This document shows positions 15,832-30,234 of a stretch of 64,000 bases of DNA, piece by piece. Positions within the stretch are counted from its first letter, which is position 1, and each line of letters opens with the position of its first letter. The notes below the pieces were generated by a model. The model ran no database searches. It was not told the DNA's origin and saw only the letters and a list, made by a program, of their open reading frames with translations. This DNA is from Octopus vulgaris. Lineage: Eukaryota. Made by a program: the position numbers and the translations under genes. Where the stretch lies: positions 70,866,001-70,930,000 of the forward strand of contig OX597827.1 in assembly GCA_951406725.2 (NCBI GenBank). Reading direction: 5' to 3'.

Positions 15832-16395
15832 CAGCGAGCTGGCAGAATCGTTAGCACGCCCGGCGAAGTGCTTAGAGGTATTTCGTCTGCCGTTACGTTC
15901 TGAGTTCAAATTCCACCGAGGTCCACTTTGCCTTTCATCCTTTCGGGGTCGATAAAGTAAGTACCAGTTACGCACTGGGGTCGATGTAATCGACTTAATA
16001 CCTATGTCTGTCCTTGTTTGTCCTCTCTGTGTTTAGCCCCTTGTGAGTAGTAAAGAAATGGGTAATTCGTCTGTATTTACGTTCTGAGTTCAAATTCGCC
16101 GAGGTCGACTTTGCCTTTCATCCTTTCGGGGTCGATAAAGTAAGTACCAGTTACGCACTGGGGTCGATGTAATCGACTTAATACCTATGTCTGTCCTTGT
16201 TTGTCCTCTCTGTGTTTAGCCCCTTGTGGGTAGTAAAGAAATGGGTAATTCGTCTGTATTTACGTTCTGAGTTCAAATTCGCCGAGGTCGACTTTGCCTT
16301 TCATCCTTTCGGGGTCGATAAAATTAAGTACCAGTTGCATACTGAGGTCGATCTAATCGACTGACCCCATCTTCCCCAAAGGTTTCGGGCCTTGT
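15832..16395 (+). mobile_element. SINE family B tandem trimer
   Basis: One head, three cores. Confidence 0.9.
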
Positions 16396-16842
16396 GTCTA
16401 GAGTAGAAAAGAAACGTTAGTGCGTCGAACAAATCGATTAACGGCATTTCTTCCGACTCTTTATATTGCTAGTTCAAATTTCACCGAAGTCAACTTTACA
16501 GTTCAATTTTCCGAGATCGATAAAATGAAGTAACAGTTATGTAGTGGAGTCGATTTGATCGATTAAGACCCTGCTACATCAAAATTGCTACATAAACTAG
16601 AAACCATTATCAAAAAAGTTATAAGGCGACGAACTGGCCGAGTCGTTCACACGCCGGAGAAAATGCTTAGCGGCATTTTGTCCGTCTGCACGATCAGGTC
16701 AGTGGATTGGAGAACATGAAATAAAGTGTCTTGTTCAAGGACACAACTGCTGCCAGATATCGAACTCACGATCTTACGATTGCAGGCCGAATTCTCTAAC
16801 ATTGTCACGCACCTTCACATACATACATATGCACATAAAATT

Positions 16843-17350
16843 GGCACTCCGTCGGTTACGACGACGAGGGTTCCAGTTAATCTGATCAACGGAACAACCT
16901 ATTTCTTTACTACCCACAAGGGGTTAAACACAGAGAGGACAAACAAGGACAGACAAACAGATTAAGTCGATTATATCGACCCCAGTGCGTAACTGGTACT
17001 TAATTTATCTACCCCGAAAGGATGAAAGGCAAAGTCCACCTCGGCGGAATTTGAACTTAGAACGTAACGGCAGACGAAATACCGCTAAGCATTTCGCCTT
17101 CAAACCGTCATGCAAGTGGCTGAGCACTCCACAGACACGTGTACCCTTAACGTAGTTCTCGGGAAGATTCAGCATAACACAGAGTGTGACATGGCTGGCC
17201 CCTTTGAAATAGAGGTATTACTCATTTTCGCCTTTTGAGTTGATTGGGGCAACGAGAAATAACGTGTCTTGGTCAAAGACACAACGCGTCGCCTGGAATA
17301 GAACTCGCGTCTTTACGATCGTGGGCCGATTAACCTAACCACTAAGCCGC
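16843..17350 (-). mobile_element. SINE with D head and C tail, carrying a nested family B fragment (about 16899-17098)
   Basis: Direct comparison with 61474-61794. Confidence 0.8.
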
Positions 17351-17534
17351 AATCCTCCACACATGCTCACTTATGCTACATATATAGCCACACATTTCCT
17401 CGTGGTCCAGTTAATCGATAAAATCAATTATGCTTCGTAACTTGTTCTTTTCCTGTTGACTTTAGCTGAATGGGAAACAAAACAATACGGTTCCCGTCCA
17501 TGAACAGAATCTATTTTTTTATTTATTTTATATT

Positions 17535-17889
17535 GGCGAAGGAGTGGCTGAGTGGTAAGTAGTAGCTTGCTTACCAACTACATGGTTCCGGGGTTTGGTC
17601 CCACTGCGTGGCACCTTGGGCAAGTGTCTTCTACCATAGCCTCGGGCCGACCAAAGACTTGTGAGTGGATTTGGTAGACGGAAACTGAAAGAAGCCCATC
17701 GTATATATATATATATGTATATATGTGTGTGTGTGTGTGTGTGTGTTTGTGTGTCTGTATTTGTACCCCCAACATCGCTTGACAACCGATGCTGGTGTGT
17801 TTACGTCCACGTAACTTAGCGGTTCGGCAAAATGGATCGATAGAATAAGTACTAGACTTACAAAGAATAAGTCCTAGGTCGATTTGTTC
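17535..17889 (+). mobile_element. SINE family A, 3'-truncated
   Basis: Matches family. Confidence 0.88.
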
Positions 17890-18129
17890 ATCATCATCAT
17901 CATCGTTATTATTATTATTACTATTATTTTTGTTGCTGTTATTATTATTATTATTCTATGTTTGACTTTTGCTTTATATTTGTACAAGTTGGCTCCAAGT
18001 CTCACCCAGAGACCTCAAGAGACAACAGGGTTGGAAGTTCATGTTGTTGTTATGCCTAGTGTGCCATATATTTGGGGGGTGGGGATGTTGTACTAATGAA
18101 TGTCTATATTATTATTATTATTATTATTA

Positions 18130-18244
<115 letters not shown>

Positions 18245-18261
18245 CATTATTATTATTATTA

Positions 18262-18292
<31 letters not shown>

Positions 18293-18345
18293 AAGGTAGC
18301 GAACTGACAGAATCGTCAGCGCGTCGGGCGAAATGCTTAGCGGTA

Positions 18346-18606
18346 CTCAGAATGTAGCGACTGGCGAAATACCTATTTCTTTACTACCCACAAGGGGCTA
18401 AACACAGAGAGGACAAACAAGGACAGACGAACGGATTAAGTCGATTATATCGACCCCAGTGCGTAACTGGTACTTAATTTATCGACCCCGAAAGGATGAA
18501 AGGCAAAGTCGACCTCAGCGGAATTTGAACTCAGAACGTAACGGCAGACGAAATACCTCTAAGCATTTCGCCCAGCGCTCTAACGTTTCTGCCAGCTCGC
18601 CGCCTT
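18346..18606 (-). mobile_element. SINE family B
   Basis: Matches family; an opposite-strand head fragment lies at 18292-18345. Confidence 0.88.
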
Positions 18607-19117
18607 AATTCTGTCTATATATGTGTCCAATAGTGTACATATGTGTATATGTATGCGATTGCTCTGGCACATGCAAAATGAATACCAGCAAGCACACTCG
18701 TTGTTTTTAAAAAATGCTAATTAAAAATACTAATTAAAAATACTAATTAAAATTATTATTTTGGAACGTTGCTTAAACAGCAACGCTATTTCACGACTTC
18801 GATTGTTTGGAGTTTATGACGTTTATACTATTACCACGAGAACCAAAAGTGAAATCAAAGCGTGAGTTTGTAGTAATTGTTTATCGTAGGTGTCGTTCAC
18901 AAAGGTTTTTAAACAACAGAACATAAGGATATACGTTTCTTTCGTATTTCAAAAAATATTCAGACAATGGATATTCGAAAGAACTCCAGGCTCGATTTAC
19001 CAGCTGAGGATCGGAAGCGAGCGATTCTGAGTATTGGAAATCAGTTTTAAGGTATTAAAGAATACTCTACATTTGCATTGAGTCCTGCAATTTATCACCT
19101 CTGGGGAATCAACATGT

Positions 19118-19187
<70 letters not shown>

Positions 19188-19345
19188 GACGTAAATATCT
19201 ATGCAGCAGAAACACGTGTCGGGCGGAGATTTAAAGCAAATGTATTGTATATAATACTGTAATAAACAAGCTTCTGAGGATGTATTATTCTGCATTCCTA
19301 TTTTAAAACTAAACACACACACACACACATATAAATACATGTATG

Positions 19346-19414
<69 letters not shown>

Positions 19415-19472
19415 CAATGACAGGTGTATGAACAACAAGCAGGTGTTTGACAGCTCGGGAAAGTGAAAACAC

Positions 19473-19509
19473 CTTTTACGTTTCGAGCCTACGCTCTTCA
19501 ACAGAAAAG
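19473..19509 (-). ncRNA. degenerate hammerhead-like motif (CTGTTGA core)
   Basis: ctttt CTGTTGA a gagc-gtag-gctc GAAA cg TA aaag; A6 substituted. Confidence 0.45.
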
Positions 19510-19995
19510 AATAAGAGAAAATAAGCAGAGAGAATAAAAGCACACACACACACATACACATATACATACGGATGAATATCACGGACACGTGTACATACAT
19601 GCATACCTACCTACCCACCCACCCGCCAATTTACCTACATACCCATCTACAAACCCGCATACCTACCAACATATATACAGACATACTCCACTCTCTGCAT
19701 AGGTTCTCTCTAACAAACTTCACTCAAATATCGGTCAACAACGCCGAAACAATGTGTAAATACGATACAATACGCACTTACCAAATTTCTCACAAGGAAA
19801 TCGAATCCGGTCTTAATCTGATTCAAATGAACATAAATCCAAAGGTCACACGATCAGGTTTGCACCAATAATTTAATTGTTTCATTATTTTAATAAGGCG
19901 GCAAATCGGCTGAGTCATAAGCGCATCGAACATTTCTTCCGGGTCTTCTTTATTTTATAAGTTCAAATCCCTAGCCCAAAAGTTAAGAAGCTTCA

Positions 19996-20490
19996 ACCAA
20001 GTACCTCAAAACAACCAAGTACCCCAAACAACCAATACCCCAAAATAACTAAGTTTCCCCAAAACAGCCAAGTTTTCCAAAACAACCAAGTACCCCAAAA
20101 CAACCAAGTACCCCAAAACAACTAAGTACCCCAAAACAACCAAGTACCCCAAAACAACCAAGTACCCCAAAACAACCAAGTACTCCAAAACAACCAAGTA
20201 CCCCAAAACAACCGAGCATCTCAAAACAAACCAAGTACCCCAAAACAACTAAGTACCCCAAAATAACCAAGTACCCCAAAACAACAAAGTTCCCCAAAAC
20301 AACCAAGTACCCAAAACAACCAAGTACCCCAAAACAACCAAGTACCCCAAAACAACCAAGTACCCCAAAACAACTAAGTACCTCAAAACAACCAAGTACC
20401 CCAAAATAACCACGTACTCCAAAACAAACTAAGTACTCCAAAACAGCCAAGTACCCAAAGACAACCAAGTACCCCCAAAACAACCAAGTA
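19996..20490. repeat. 18-bp minisatellite, about 27 copies
   Basis: Unit CCAAGTACCCCAAAACAA. Confidence 0.95.
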
Positions 20491-20514
20491 TGTGTGTGTG
20501 TGTGTGTACGCGTT

Positions 20515-20676
20515 GGGCTTCTTTCAGTTTCCGTCGACGAAATCCACTCACAAGGCATTGGTCGGCCCGTAGCTATATCAGAAAACGCTTGCGCAAGGTG
20601 CCGCGCAATGGGACTGAACCCGAGACCACGTGGTGTCCAAAGCGAGCTTCTTAACCACGCAGCCATGCCTGCGCCT
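20515..20676 (-). mobile_element. SINE family A, diverged 5' half
   Basis: Matches family; head-to-head with the next copy. Confidence 0.8.
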
Positions 20677-20704
20677 ATACATGTCCATGGTAGCTGTGAA
20701 CTCA

Positions 20705-20805
20705 CCCACTCAGTGGCATCTTGGGCAAGTGTCTTCTGCTACAGCCCCGGGCCGACCAATGCTTTGTGAGTGGATTTGGTAGACGGAAACTGAAAGAAGC
20801 CTGTC

Positions 20806-20855
<50 letters not shown>

Positions 20856-21075
20856 TTGTGTGTCTGTGTTTGTCCCCCTAGCATTGCTTGACAACCGATG
20901 CTGGTGTGTTTACGTCCCCGTCACTTAGCGGTTCGGCAAAAAAGAGACCGATAGAATAAGTACTGGGCTTACAAAAGAATAAGTCCCGGGGTCGATTTGC
21001 TCGACTAAAGGCGGTGCTCCAGCATGGCCGCAGTCAAATGACTGAAACAAGTAAAAGAGTAAAAGAGTAAAGAGT
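20705..21075 (+). mobile_element. SINE family A, 5'-truncated
   Basis: Matches family. Confidence 0.88.
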
Positions 21076-21293
21076 AAAACAAGAGTATTTGAACTGCCGC
21101 CAACACAATGCATATCATCCATCTAACCTCCAGTATTTCAGCAACGTTTCAGACGTTGGCCGGGGATTCTCCGTCGGCCTCGGCATATTTCGTGAGCTCG
21201 TTCACTTATTTGTTCGTGGGTGTTTGTTTATTCGTCTGATTCACTGTCTGTATACACACTATTGCGCGTTCGCACACACATAATACACATACG

Positions 21294-21327
<34 letters not shown>

Positions 21328-21363
21328 TGTATGTATGTATGTATGTATGTATGAATGTATGTA

Positions 21364-21406
<43 letters not shown>

Positions 21407-21672
21407 CAAACGGGGGGGGTATATATATATACATACATATACACACATGTATGTGCACATATATACACATGTATGTATATATATATATATATATATCCAT
21501 GTATGTATATATACACACGCACATATATATGCATGTATGTATATGCATGCATATATGTATATGCATATGCATAAATATGTGCATGCATATATATATACAT
21601 ATATATATATGTGTGTGTATATATATATATGTATATACATATACATGCATGTATGTATCCATGTCTATATAT

Positions 21673-21723
<51 letters not shown>

Positions 21724-21809
21724 TGCACATATATGTACGAATGCATATACATGCATGCATATGCATTTATATATATGTGTGTGTGTGCACATAGATGTGC
21801 GTATATGTA

Positions 21810-22660
21810 TAACAATCAGTCTGAAAAGACAGCCATAATGTACCAACCTGCTCCGGATAAAGCCTACTCGGCGCCAAACATTTATGTTGTACAGACAGAA
21901 ACTGTTGCAGGTTGTGGATACATTCGAGAATTCTATGCCGCACTGTAAACATGAGAAAATATATACTCTCGGTAATGGACTCTCCCTCCGTGATGCATTT
22001 GGAAAACTGGATGGACGTCTATGGCCTCAGCAGGGAATTTGAACTGAGACAAAGTTGAAGGTCTGAGTATTCGTGATTTGTCTTCATTGCTTTATGAGAT
22101 GTGAATTTACTTATCAGAGACATAAGAAAACGCTGGGATATCACCTTCAGTGTCTGCTGTACACTGAGTATCTGATGGCAAATGTTTGTTAGTGATCTTG
22201 TAATCCTCGAACGTTGTTAGTCTGCCAGCATAAAGTATTCAGTACTTTAGCTCTGATTACGTTGGAGTGGTCGAGTAATCAGAATGGAAGGTGATCGGAT
22301 CCATAAGTAAGTTCTATGGCGAGTTATCCTTGAGTAAAAAGACCATCGCACAAACTGAAATTAAGGTGTAAGGACCGCATTGAGAATGCATTTGAGGAGG
22401 TCAAAATCTGGGAAAATAGATGGGGAAACCTCGCTTTTGATCGTGTTCATCTTAGAGGAAGCCAGTGCGCTACGGGAAGAGGAAATTTGAGCAAAATCGT
22501 ATCGAGTACGAACAGCTCAAGAGAGATGTTTGTAAGTGTCTTGACGTGAATTTCTTGATTATGTTGTCACAGCCCAATTTAATATGCAATGAGTGTTGGA
22601 GTATCTAAGTGAAGCAAGCCTTCGAAGCCATCACAGGAGCCACGCACACTGGGAAGTTGC
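21810..22660 (+). mobile_element. degraded RTE-clade LINE 3' ORF region
   Basis: Frameshifted peptides LRWSGRVIRMEGDRI, FYGELS, KLRCKD, WGNLAFDR, KFEQNRIEYEQLKR and a C2H2-like CNEC...SLRSHHRSH, typical of the RTE C-terminus. Confidence 0.75.
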
Positions 22661-22934
22661 AAGCTAAGCAGTATACGGTATAGCATGTCTACTGGCAGAG
22701 AGTATGGAAAAGAATGTGCACCGGGAGTTGGGCTGAGATGTCATGTAAAAGTTCACCAAAACAATATTGTAAACCTATTGTAGGGGGCTCCCATTGTTGT
22801 CACATTTGCACAAAAGACTTCCAGTAAAACTGAAAAGCCATTTTCGTAGTGTTCGAGTCTTAAGAGTACAATCAAGCGATTGCAACACTCAACGTGTGGT
22901 TCAGATCCATTATATATAAATGTGTGTGCATATA

Positions 22935-23096
22935 GCCACAGAAGTGGCTGTGTAGTAAGTAGCTTGCTTACCAACCACATGGTTCCGGGTTCAGTCCCAC
23001 TGTGTGGCACTTTGGGCAAGTGTCTTCTACTATAGCCTCGGGCCGACCAAAGTCTTGTGAGTGAATTTGGTAGACGGAAACTGAAAGAAGCCCGTC

Positions 23097-23156
<60 letters not shown>

Positions 23157-23385
23157 ATATTGTGTGTGTGTGTGTGTGTGTGTATGTTTGTGTCTGTGTT
23201 TGTCCCCCAACATCGCTTGAAACCGATGCTGGTGTGTTTACGTCCCCGTAACATAGCGGTTCGGCTAAAGAGACCGATAGAATAAGTACTAGGCTTCCAA
23301 AGAATACATCCTGGGGGCGATTTGCTCGACTAAAGGCGGTGCTCCAGCACGGCCACAGTCAAATGACTGAAACAAATAAAAGAGT
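22935..23385 (+). mobile_element. SINE family A
   Basis: Matches family. Confidence 0.9.
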
Positions 23386-23474
23386 ATATGCATGTATACA
23401 CAAGGTGGCCCAAAAGTCACACACCAAAACATTTGACATCGTATTTATATTACATTGTTGTTGTTATTATTATT

Positions 23475-24009
23475 GAGTGAAAGAGCAGTGCATGCCATCA
23501 AAGTGACACTGGGGTACAAATATATGAAGCCCAATATACCCATCATGACTATCCGTCTGATAAGGGTACACTAGGCACGTGCATCACAACCGTATGTGCA
23601 CGACATGGTGATCTCATATCAAGATAAATAGCGCATGACGTTGCAGGCTGGACCCAGATAGAATTTCTTCAGGTCGAGTATCCCATCCCACTCAAAAGGT
23701 CCTTGAATAGGGTTTGTTTAGGGATAATGAATGAAACCCCTATGTTCCCAAAGGTGAATTATTCAAATCCCAAAGAATTCCTCTCAAAACATGATTATAA
23801 TGCTCCCCCCACTACTTCTGCTCGTGATCAGAGATCGTCAGCCACTAAGGGACATGCTCAACTGGTTATGGTCAAACAACTGACAAGCAAATCTGTGGTA
23901 TTGAGCAGAATATTTGCTGTAGCCCATCTTCCACACCAAGGCAAAACAAATTCACGATAACACTTCCAATCATTTAAGATGAGAGCCACTGCCTGGTACT
24001 GCATCAGGG

Positions 24010-24010
<1 letters not shown>
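23475..24010 (-). mobile_element. dispersed non-coding element embedded in (AAT)n
   Basis: Bounded by ATT runs on both sides; its end recurs inverted at 42537-42695, also inside AAT runs. Confidence 0.7.
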
Positions 24011-24081
<71 letters not shown>

Positions 24082-24210
24082 TTGTGTTCATCATGTAAAA
24101 GCATGTATTCATCATTATTTTATCCAATTTATTCGATTTTAGAAAAGGTGAAACTTCCTGAATGTATTGACTATATTGTGTGCGTGATTTTTGGCACACA
24201 CTGTATGCTT

Positions 24211-24283
<73 letters not shown>

Positions 24284-24563
24284 TGTAACCGAATGCAAAC
24301 TGAGTTACACATGACCGAGTTGTGCATGACTAGACTGACAACCGCACGAAACTTGTTCGGTTGGCATTTTTTTTCCTATTTTTAGATTCCCTTCTCTGCG
24401 TAATATAAAACGAAACATCTGTCAGAAGGAAGGCGAGCCCAGAAGAATCAATGGTCACCCAATACGTTGTACGTACGCATGCGCATACAAAGTATTGGAT
24501 ACACATGCATGCTTGTACAGTGTACAGTAAATATAATTGCAACAATGGTCTTCTTTGGCCATT

Positions 24564-25458
24564 CGTGGTCTGATCAATAAGTATCCGGACTTTTGCCATA
24601 GTAACGAAGCTAAAGCACGCAGAGTGAAGCCACTTGACACAGATTGACCTTGAACTCTGCTGGGCATGCGCACTAAGTTTTAATGTTTTGGCTCACTTCC
24701 GCTGTTTACAGCAATGCTTCGAAGGAAGGTGTGTAGCGTGGGATCGTCGCGTTGAACATGACAGAGAAAGTTGAGTAGAGAATCTGCATCTAATTTTGCC
24801 AAAAGCTTAGCGATACCTGCTCAGTGGGCTACGCAAAGTTTTCAAAATGTTTTCCTCGTTCTCAACACAATCATGATCATGTGCAACTGAAACCCGAGTG
24901 TCTTCTTGGTTAGCTGAAAGCAGTTTTGGCACAAACTTGGCAGACCCACGTCTCATACTCAAATCTTCAGCGATAATGGACTGAACTGAACCGTAGCTAA
25001 TCTGCACATCCTCTGATAACTCACGGATGGTGATTCGACGATTTCCCCATCACAGCTGCACGCACATCTGCGATGTTTTTTCTCAGTTCTACTGGTTGTG
25101 GGTCTCCCAGAACGTTTGTCAATATCGACATTTTTTTCAGCCATCTTGGAAACGTCTGAACCCCTCATACACTTGTGTGCGGCTCACACACTCCTCTCCA
25201 TACACTTTCTGCAACTTTGCGTAAACCCCTGAGCAGGTATCGCCATGACAACTTCCTCTGTCGTAGTCAATGTGACGCTCACACGCTACACACCTTCCTT
25301 CCAAGCACTGCTATACACAGTGGAAGTAAGCTAAAATCTTAAAACTTTGTGCGCATGCTCAGCAGAGTTCACGGTCAATCTGTGCCGGGCGACTTTGCTC
25401 TCCGTGCTTTAGCTTCGTTGCTATGGCAACAGTCCGGATACTTATTGATAGGACTTCG
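24564..25458. mobile_element. mariner-derived element with long (about 250-280 bp) inverted ends and HTH remnant
   Basis: 24564-24840 is an inverted copy of 25213-25458; minus-strand interior reads DKRSGRPTTS...ISYGSVQSIIAEDLSMRRGSAKFVPKLLS (mariner WVPxxL region). Confidence 0.85.
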
Positions 25459-25850
25459 TATTTTAAAGAAAAACACTCGTGTGGAACACGCGTTCGGTAT
25501 GAGAAGATTTAATGCATTGATGCATTTTTTTATAATTCCAGGTCTTTTATTTTTTATCCTTTTTTTTTTTTGCTTCAGTCATTGGACTGCGCCCATGCTG
25601 GGGCACTACCTTGAAGGGTTTTAGTCAAACGAATCTCCCCACCGTGCTTGTTTGCGAGTCAGGCGCCTATTCTGTTGGTCTTTTCAACCGAACTGACTGC
25701 GTTACAGGTATATAAACAAACCAACAGCGGTCGTCAAGTGGTGGTGGTGGTGGTGGTGGTGGTGTGAGAAAGACAAACGCAAGGATACACATACGTACAT
25801 TTACATATATATATATATATATATATACGCACGTACACGCACGCACACAG

Positions 25851-25887
<37 letters not shown>

Positions 25888-25916
25888 ACCACACATTCAC
25901 ACACAAACACACACAT

Positions 25917-25948
<32 letters not shown>

Positions 25949-26255
25949 TTATATATGGATTCATATAGCTTTATCTATTCATGTAGGGCAATGAATTTTA
26001 ATAGGGGACCATATGGCCAGTGTATGTGTGTGTGTTTGTGTGTGTGCATGTACGTATAGTTAGGGTGAGCGTGGGTCGTTACCACATTTTTAGGGTCCAC
26101 GTGATATATACATTTAAAAAAACCCAAAAGAACAAAGAATGAGCACCATTTTATTAAGCGACAGACTTTTGAGAGGGGCTACAAACAATTATACCCAGCA
26201 GACATACGCTTCCTTGTCACAATTTCACATATATGCTTATTACTGGTGCTAAGTT

Positions 26256-26339
<84 letters not shown>

Positions 26340-26469
26340 AATCTCTGTACGAGGTATAAACAGCAGCTGCACGACAATGTGAAGTATATTTGCCACTTAA
26401 ATGTGGCTAACCACAGCTACAGTAGCATCCACCTTTAGTGGTTAGCCACATTCAAGTGGCAAATAGCAT

Positions 26470-26771
26470 ATAGGTACACTGCAACATAATTTCTTTTCCT
26501 CAACAGGCCCTGCCCTGTTTAACATTGTCCCGAAAGAGATCAAACAGGAAAAGGATCCAATCATCTTTAAACGGAGTCTGGATAGATTTCTTCAAGGAAT
26601 ACCGGACAAGCCACACATAATTGGATACAACTCACCCAACAAGAACTCACTACTTGAATGGACCATAAACAAAACTTGACTTAAACAGGATTTAGATAAT
26701 CCTATCAGGTGGTGCTATTAAGTTAGACATGGCCTGGACCAATCTCTCGTCGAAACCTATCTAAGTTTATC
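26470..26771 (+). mobile_element. 5'-truncated CR1/L2-group LINE 3' end, second copy
   Basis: HNFFSSTGPALFNIVPKEIKQEKDPIIFKRSLDRFLQGIPDKP; 3' UTR matches 2780-2868. Confidence 0.75.
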
Positions 26772-26774
26772 AAA

Positions 26775-26819
<45 letters not shown>

Positions 26820-27312
26820 TTAAACATTTTTTCAGTATTTATTACTGCTATGTGTTAATACACTGTACTTAATATAGAAGGCAGTCATATAAATTCTATA
26901 TTATATAAAGAACCAATAGCATTTAACGATCGGCTTGAAGTTATTTGGCAATACCCAAGGAGCAGGAAAATGGTTCATCTTGAAAGTTGCTCACTGACCT
27001 CCATTCGTTCTGATGTATTTGTTTTCTTCTTGTTTTTTTTTTTAAATTAAGGTATGTTTTTCTTCTAAATTTTTTTTTTTTTATATTCGTTGGGCGTTAT
27101 TTTTCGCTTCAGAATTCTGGGAAATAATTACAGTGTTGCGCCGAGAGAAGATGGTAAGTGTACCATCGAGAATATCTAAGATATAAGTAAATACCTGAAT
27201 ATATGCACACACACACACATCATATATATATAAATATATATATACACACACACACACATATATATATGTCATGTTACATACACACACTCACACACACAAA
27301 CACACATATAAA

Positions 27313-27356
<44 letters not shown>

Positions 27357-27394
27357 TGCACAAACATATATACACCCACGCACACACACACACG

Positions 27395-27446
<52 letters not shown>

Positions 27447-27561
27447 AGTATGTATGTATGTATGAATGTATGTATGTATAAGAGGGGAACATTGTCAATG
27501 TTTTGTTCAGATGCAGTCCCTTTTGCAAGATAGAGGAAAGAAAAAAATTTATGTTATTTGC

Positions 27562-27662
<101 letters not shown>

Positions 27663-28216
27663 TTTTTATTATTATTCTTATGTCGAGATGGCAGAATCGT
27701 TAGCGCATTGGACAAAAAGTTTACTAACGTTTTTTCTGAGTTCAAATTCTGCCAAGGTCAACTTTGCTTTCTCTTCTTCTAGAGTCGTTAAAATTAGCAG
27801 CAGTCATGTACTGGGGACGATCTAACGAAGTGAAGCCCTCCACTAAAATTGCTGGCCTTGTGCTAATATTTGAAACCATTCTTATTATCATTGAGATTTT
27901 ACAAGGCACGATAAGTAACTGTTTGTCTAGAACTCAAATATATTTCAGTATACTTTGACACATACGCTGATAAGAATGTGTGTCTGTGTGTGTGTGTGTG
28001 TATTATGATTTAACTTAAGCATAGCGATAGAAATAATCGATTGTTAGAACTCAATCTATTGCTGCACAAGCTTTCAGCTCTGAGCATACTGCTTCTTATA
28101 CGGAAACAACTGTAAGCTAATGAAAGCGATTACGTAACTTCTGTTGTTTTGTTATTCATTAATTGCTATGTACATGTATATACATACATACATTCATACA
28201 TACATACATACATACT

Positions 28217-28286
<70 letters not shown>

Positions 28287-28312
28287 ATATGTTTGTGCAT
28301 GTGTGTGTATAT

Positions 28313-28379
<67 letters not shown>

Positions 28380-28737
28380 TTTATATGTGTGTTTGTGTGT
28401 GTGAGTGTGTGTATGTAACATGACAATTCCAATTGACTAAGTAGGTGAGATACATGTGTAAATATTTTTGCTCTCTCTCTCTCCTTTTCTCTCTCTCCTT
28501 TTCTCTCTCTCCTTTTCTCTCTCTCCTTTTCTCTCTCTCCTTTTCTCTCTCTCCTTTTCTCTCTCTCTCTCTTTCTCTCTTTTCCTCTTTCTCTTTCTCC
28601 CTTTGACTCAAATTGAATCAAAGAATTTCCAAATTCCGTTGTCGAGATTCTATTACGTAGCGTTGTCTTCTGACCACAATGGATGGCAATGTGGGCTGAT
28701 TGTCGTAGAATAAATAACTGGATGTTTTATACTACTG

Positions 28738-28862
<125 letters not shown>

Positions 28863-29091
28863 ACTGCCGCTCTTAACGTCAACAACAATAATAATCCTTT
28901 CTATTAAAGGCACAAGGCCTGAAATTTTGTGGGAGGGGGTAGTAGCCGATTACATCGATGCCTAGTATTTCATTGGTACTTAATTTATCGACCCCGAAAG
29001 GAAGAAAGGCAAAGTCGACTTCTGCGGAATTTGAACTCAGAACGTAGCGGCAGACGAAATACCGCTAGATAATAATAATAATAATAATGCT

Positions 29092-29425
29092 GAGACCCCC
29101 TTCGGTCATGACTGACCGTGGGATTGCTTCTAGAAAGTTACCCTCCCAGGCACAAGTCCGAGTAAGGTCGTTTATGGAAGACCAGCAGTCGCCCATGCAT
29201 GCCAGCCTCCCCTCGCCACGCCACCAGTGTTATCCAAGGTAAAAGCAAAAGGGCCAATACAGCTTGGCACCAGAGATGTTGCAACTCATTTCTTCAGCTG
29301 AGTGAACTGGAGCAACGTGAAATAAAGTGTCTTACTCAAGAACACAACACGCAGCCTGGTCCGGGATTCTAACTCACAACCTCACGATCGTAAGCTGGAC
29401 GCTCTAACCACTAAGCCATGCGCCT
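29092..29425 (-). mobile_element. SINE family D (D head, D tail)
   Basis: Matches 60967-61285. Confidence 0.85.
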
Positions 29426-29471
29426 AATAATAATAATAATAATAATAATGATGATGATGATGATAATAATG

Positions 29472-29532
<61 letters not shown>

Positions 29533-29558
29533 TGATGATGATAATAATGATAATAATG

Positions 29559-29607
<49 letters not shown>

Positions 29608-29628
29608 TGATGATGATGATGATGATGA

Positions 29629-29704
<76 letters not shown>

Positions 29705-29715
29705 TGATGATGATG

Positions 29716-29809
<94 letters not shown>

Positions 29810-29848
29810 AAATTATAATGATGATGATAATAATAATAATAATAATAA
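29426..29848. repeat. (AAT/GAT)n array
   Basis: Direct reading. Confidence 0.95.
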
Positions 29849-30182
29849 ATAGACAACACATCAGAAAGTGACATACAAGCTTTCTGCATATATTCTTAAG
29901 TATCACCCGATCAATGTCACTTGACCAGAGTTATTCGAACCCTCCGTGACTTATATAGGAATACTTCAAGCTTTTTAATGCAGTCGCCTGGAATTGCGGA
30001 AACGTGAAAATCCAAATAACATGTCGGGCAGATTCAGCTGTGGTTGAATCTCTTCATTCCACTCTACTAAGCAATATTGGCTACTTTGTGTACTTTCTCC
30101 GCTCAATTTATAATTCATACTAGTGTGAAACCACCGTATACTAATACTTTACGCATACGTACACACACACACACATATGTGG

Positions 30183-30234
<52 letters not shown>

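Noticed and set aside
20006-20705. GYLVVL / CFGVLG repeat ORFs
   Set aside because: Translation of an 18-bp minisatellite with frame-breaking indels
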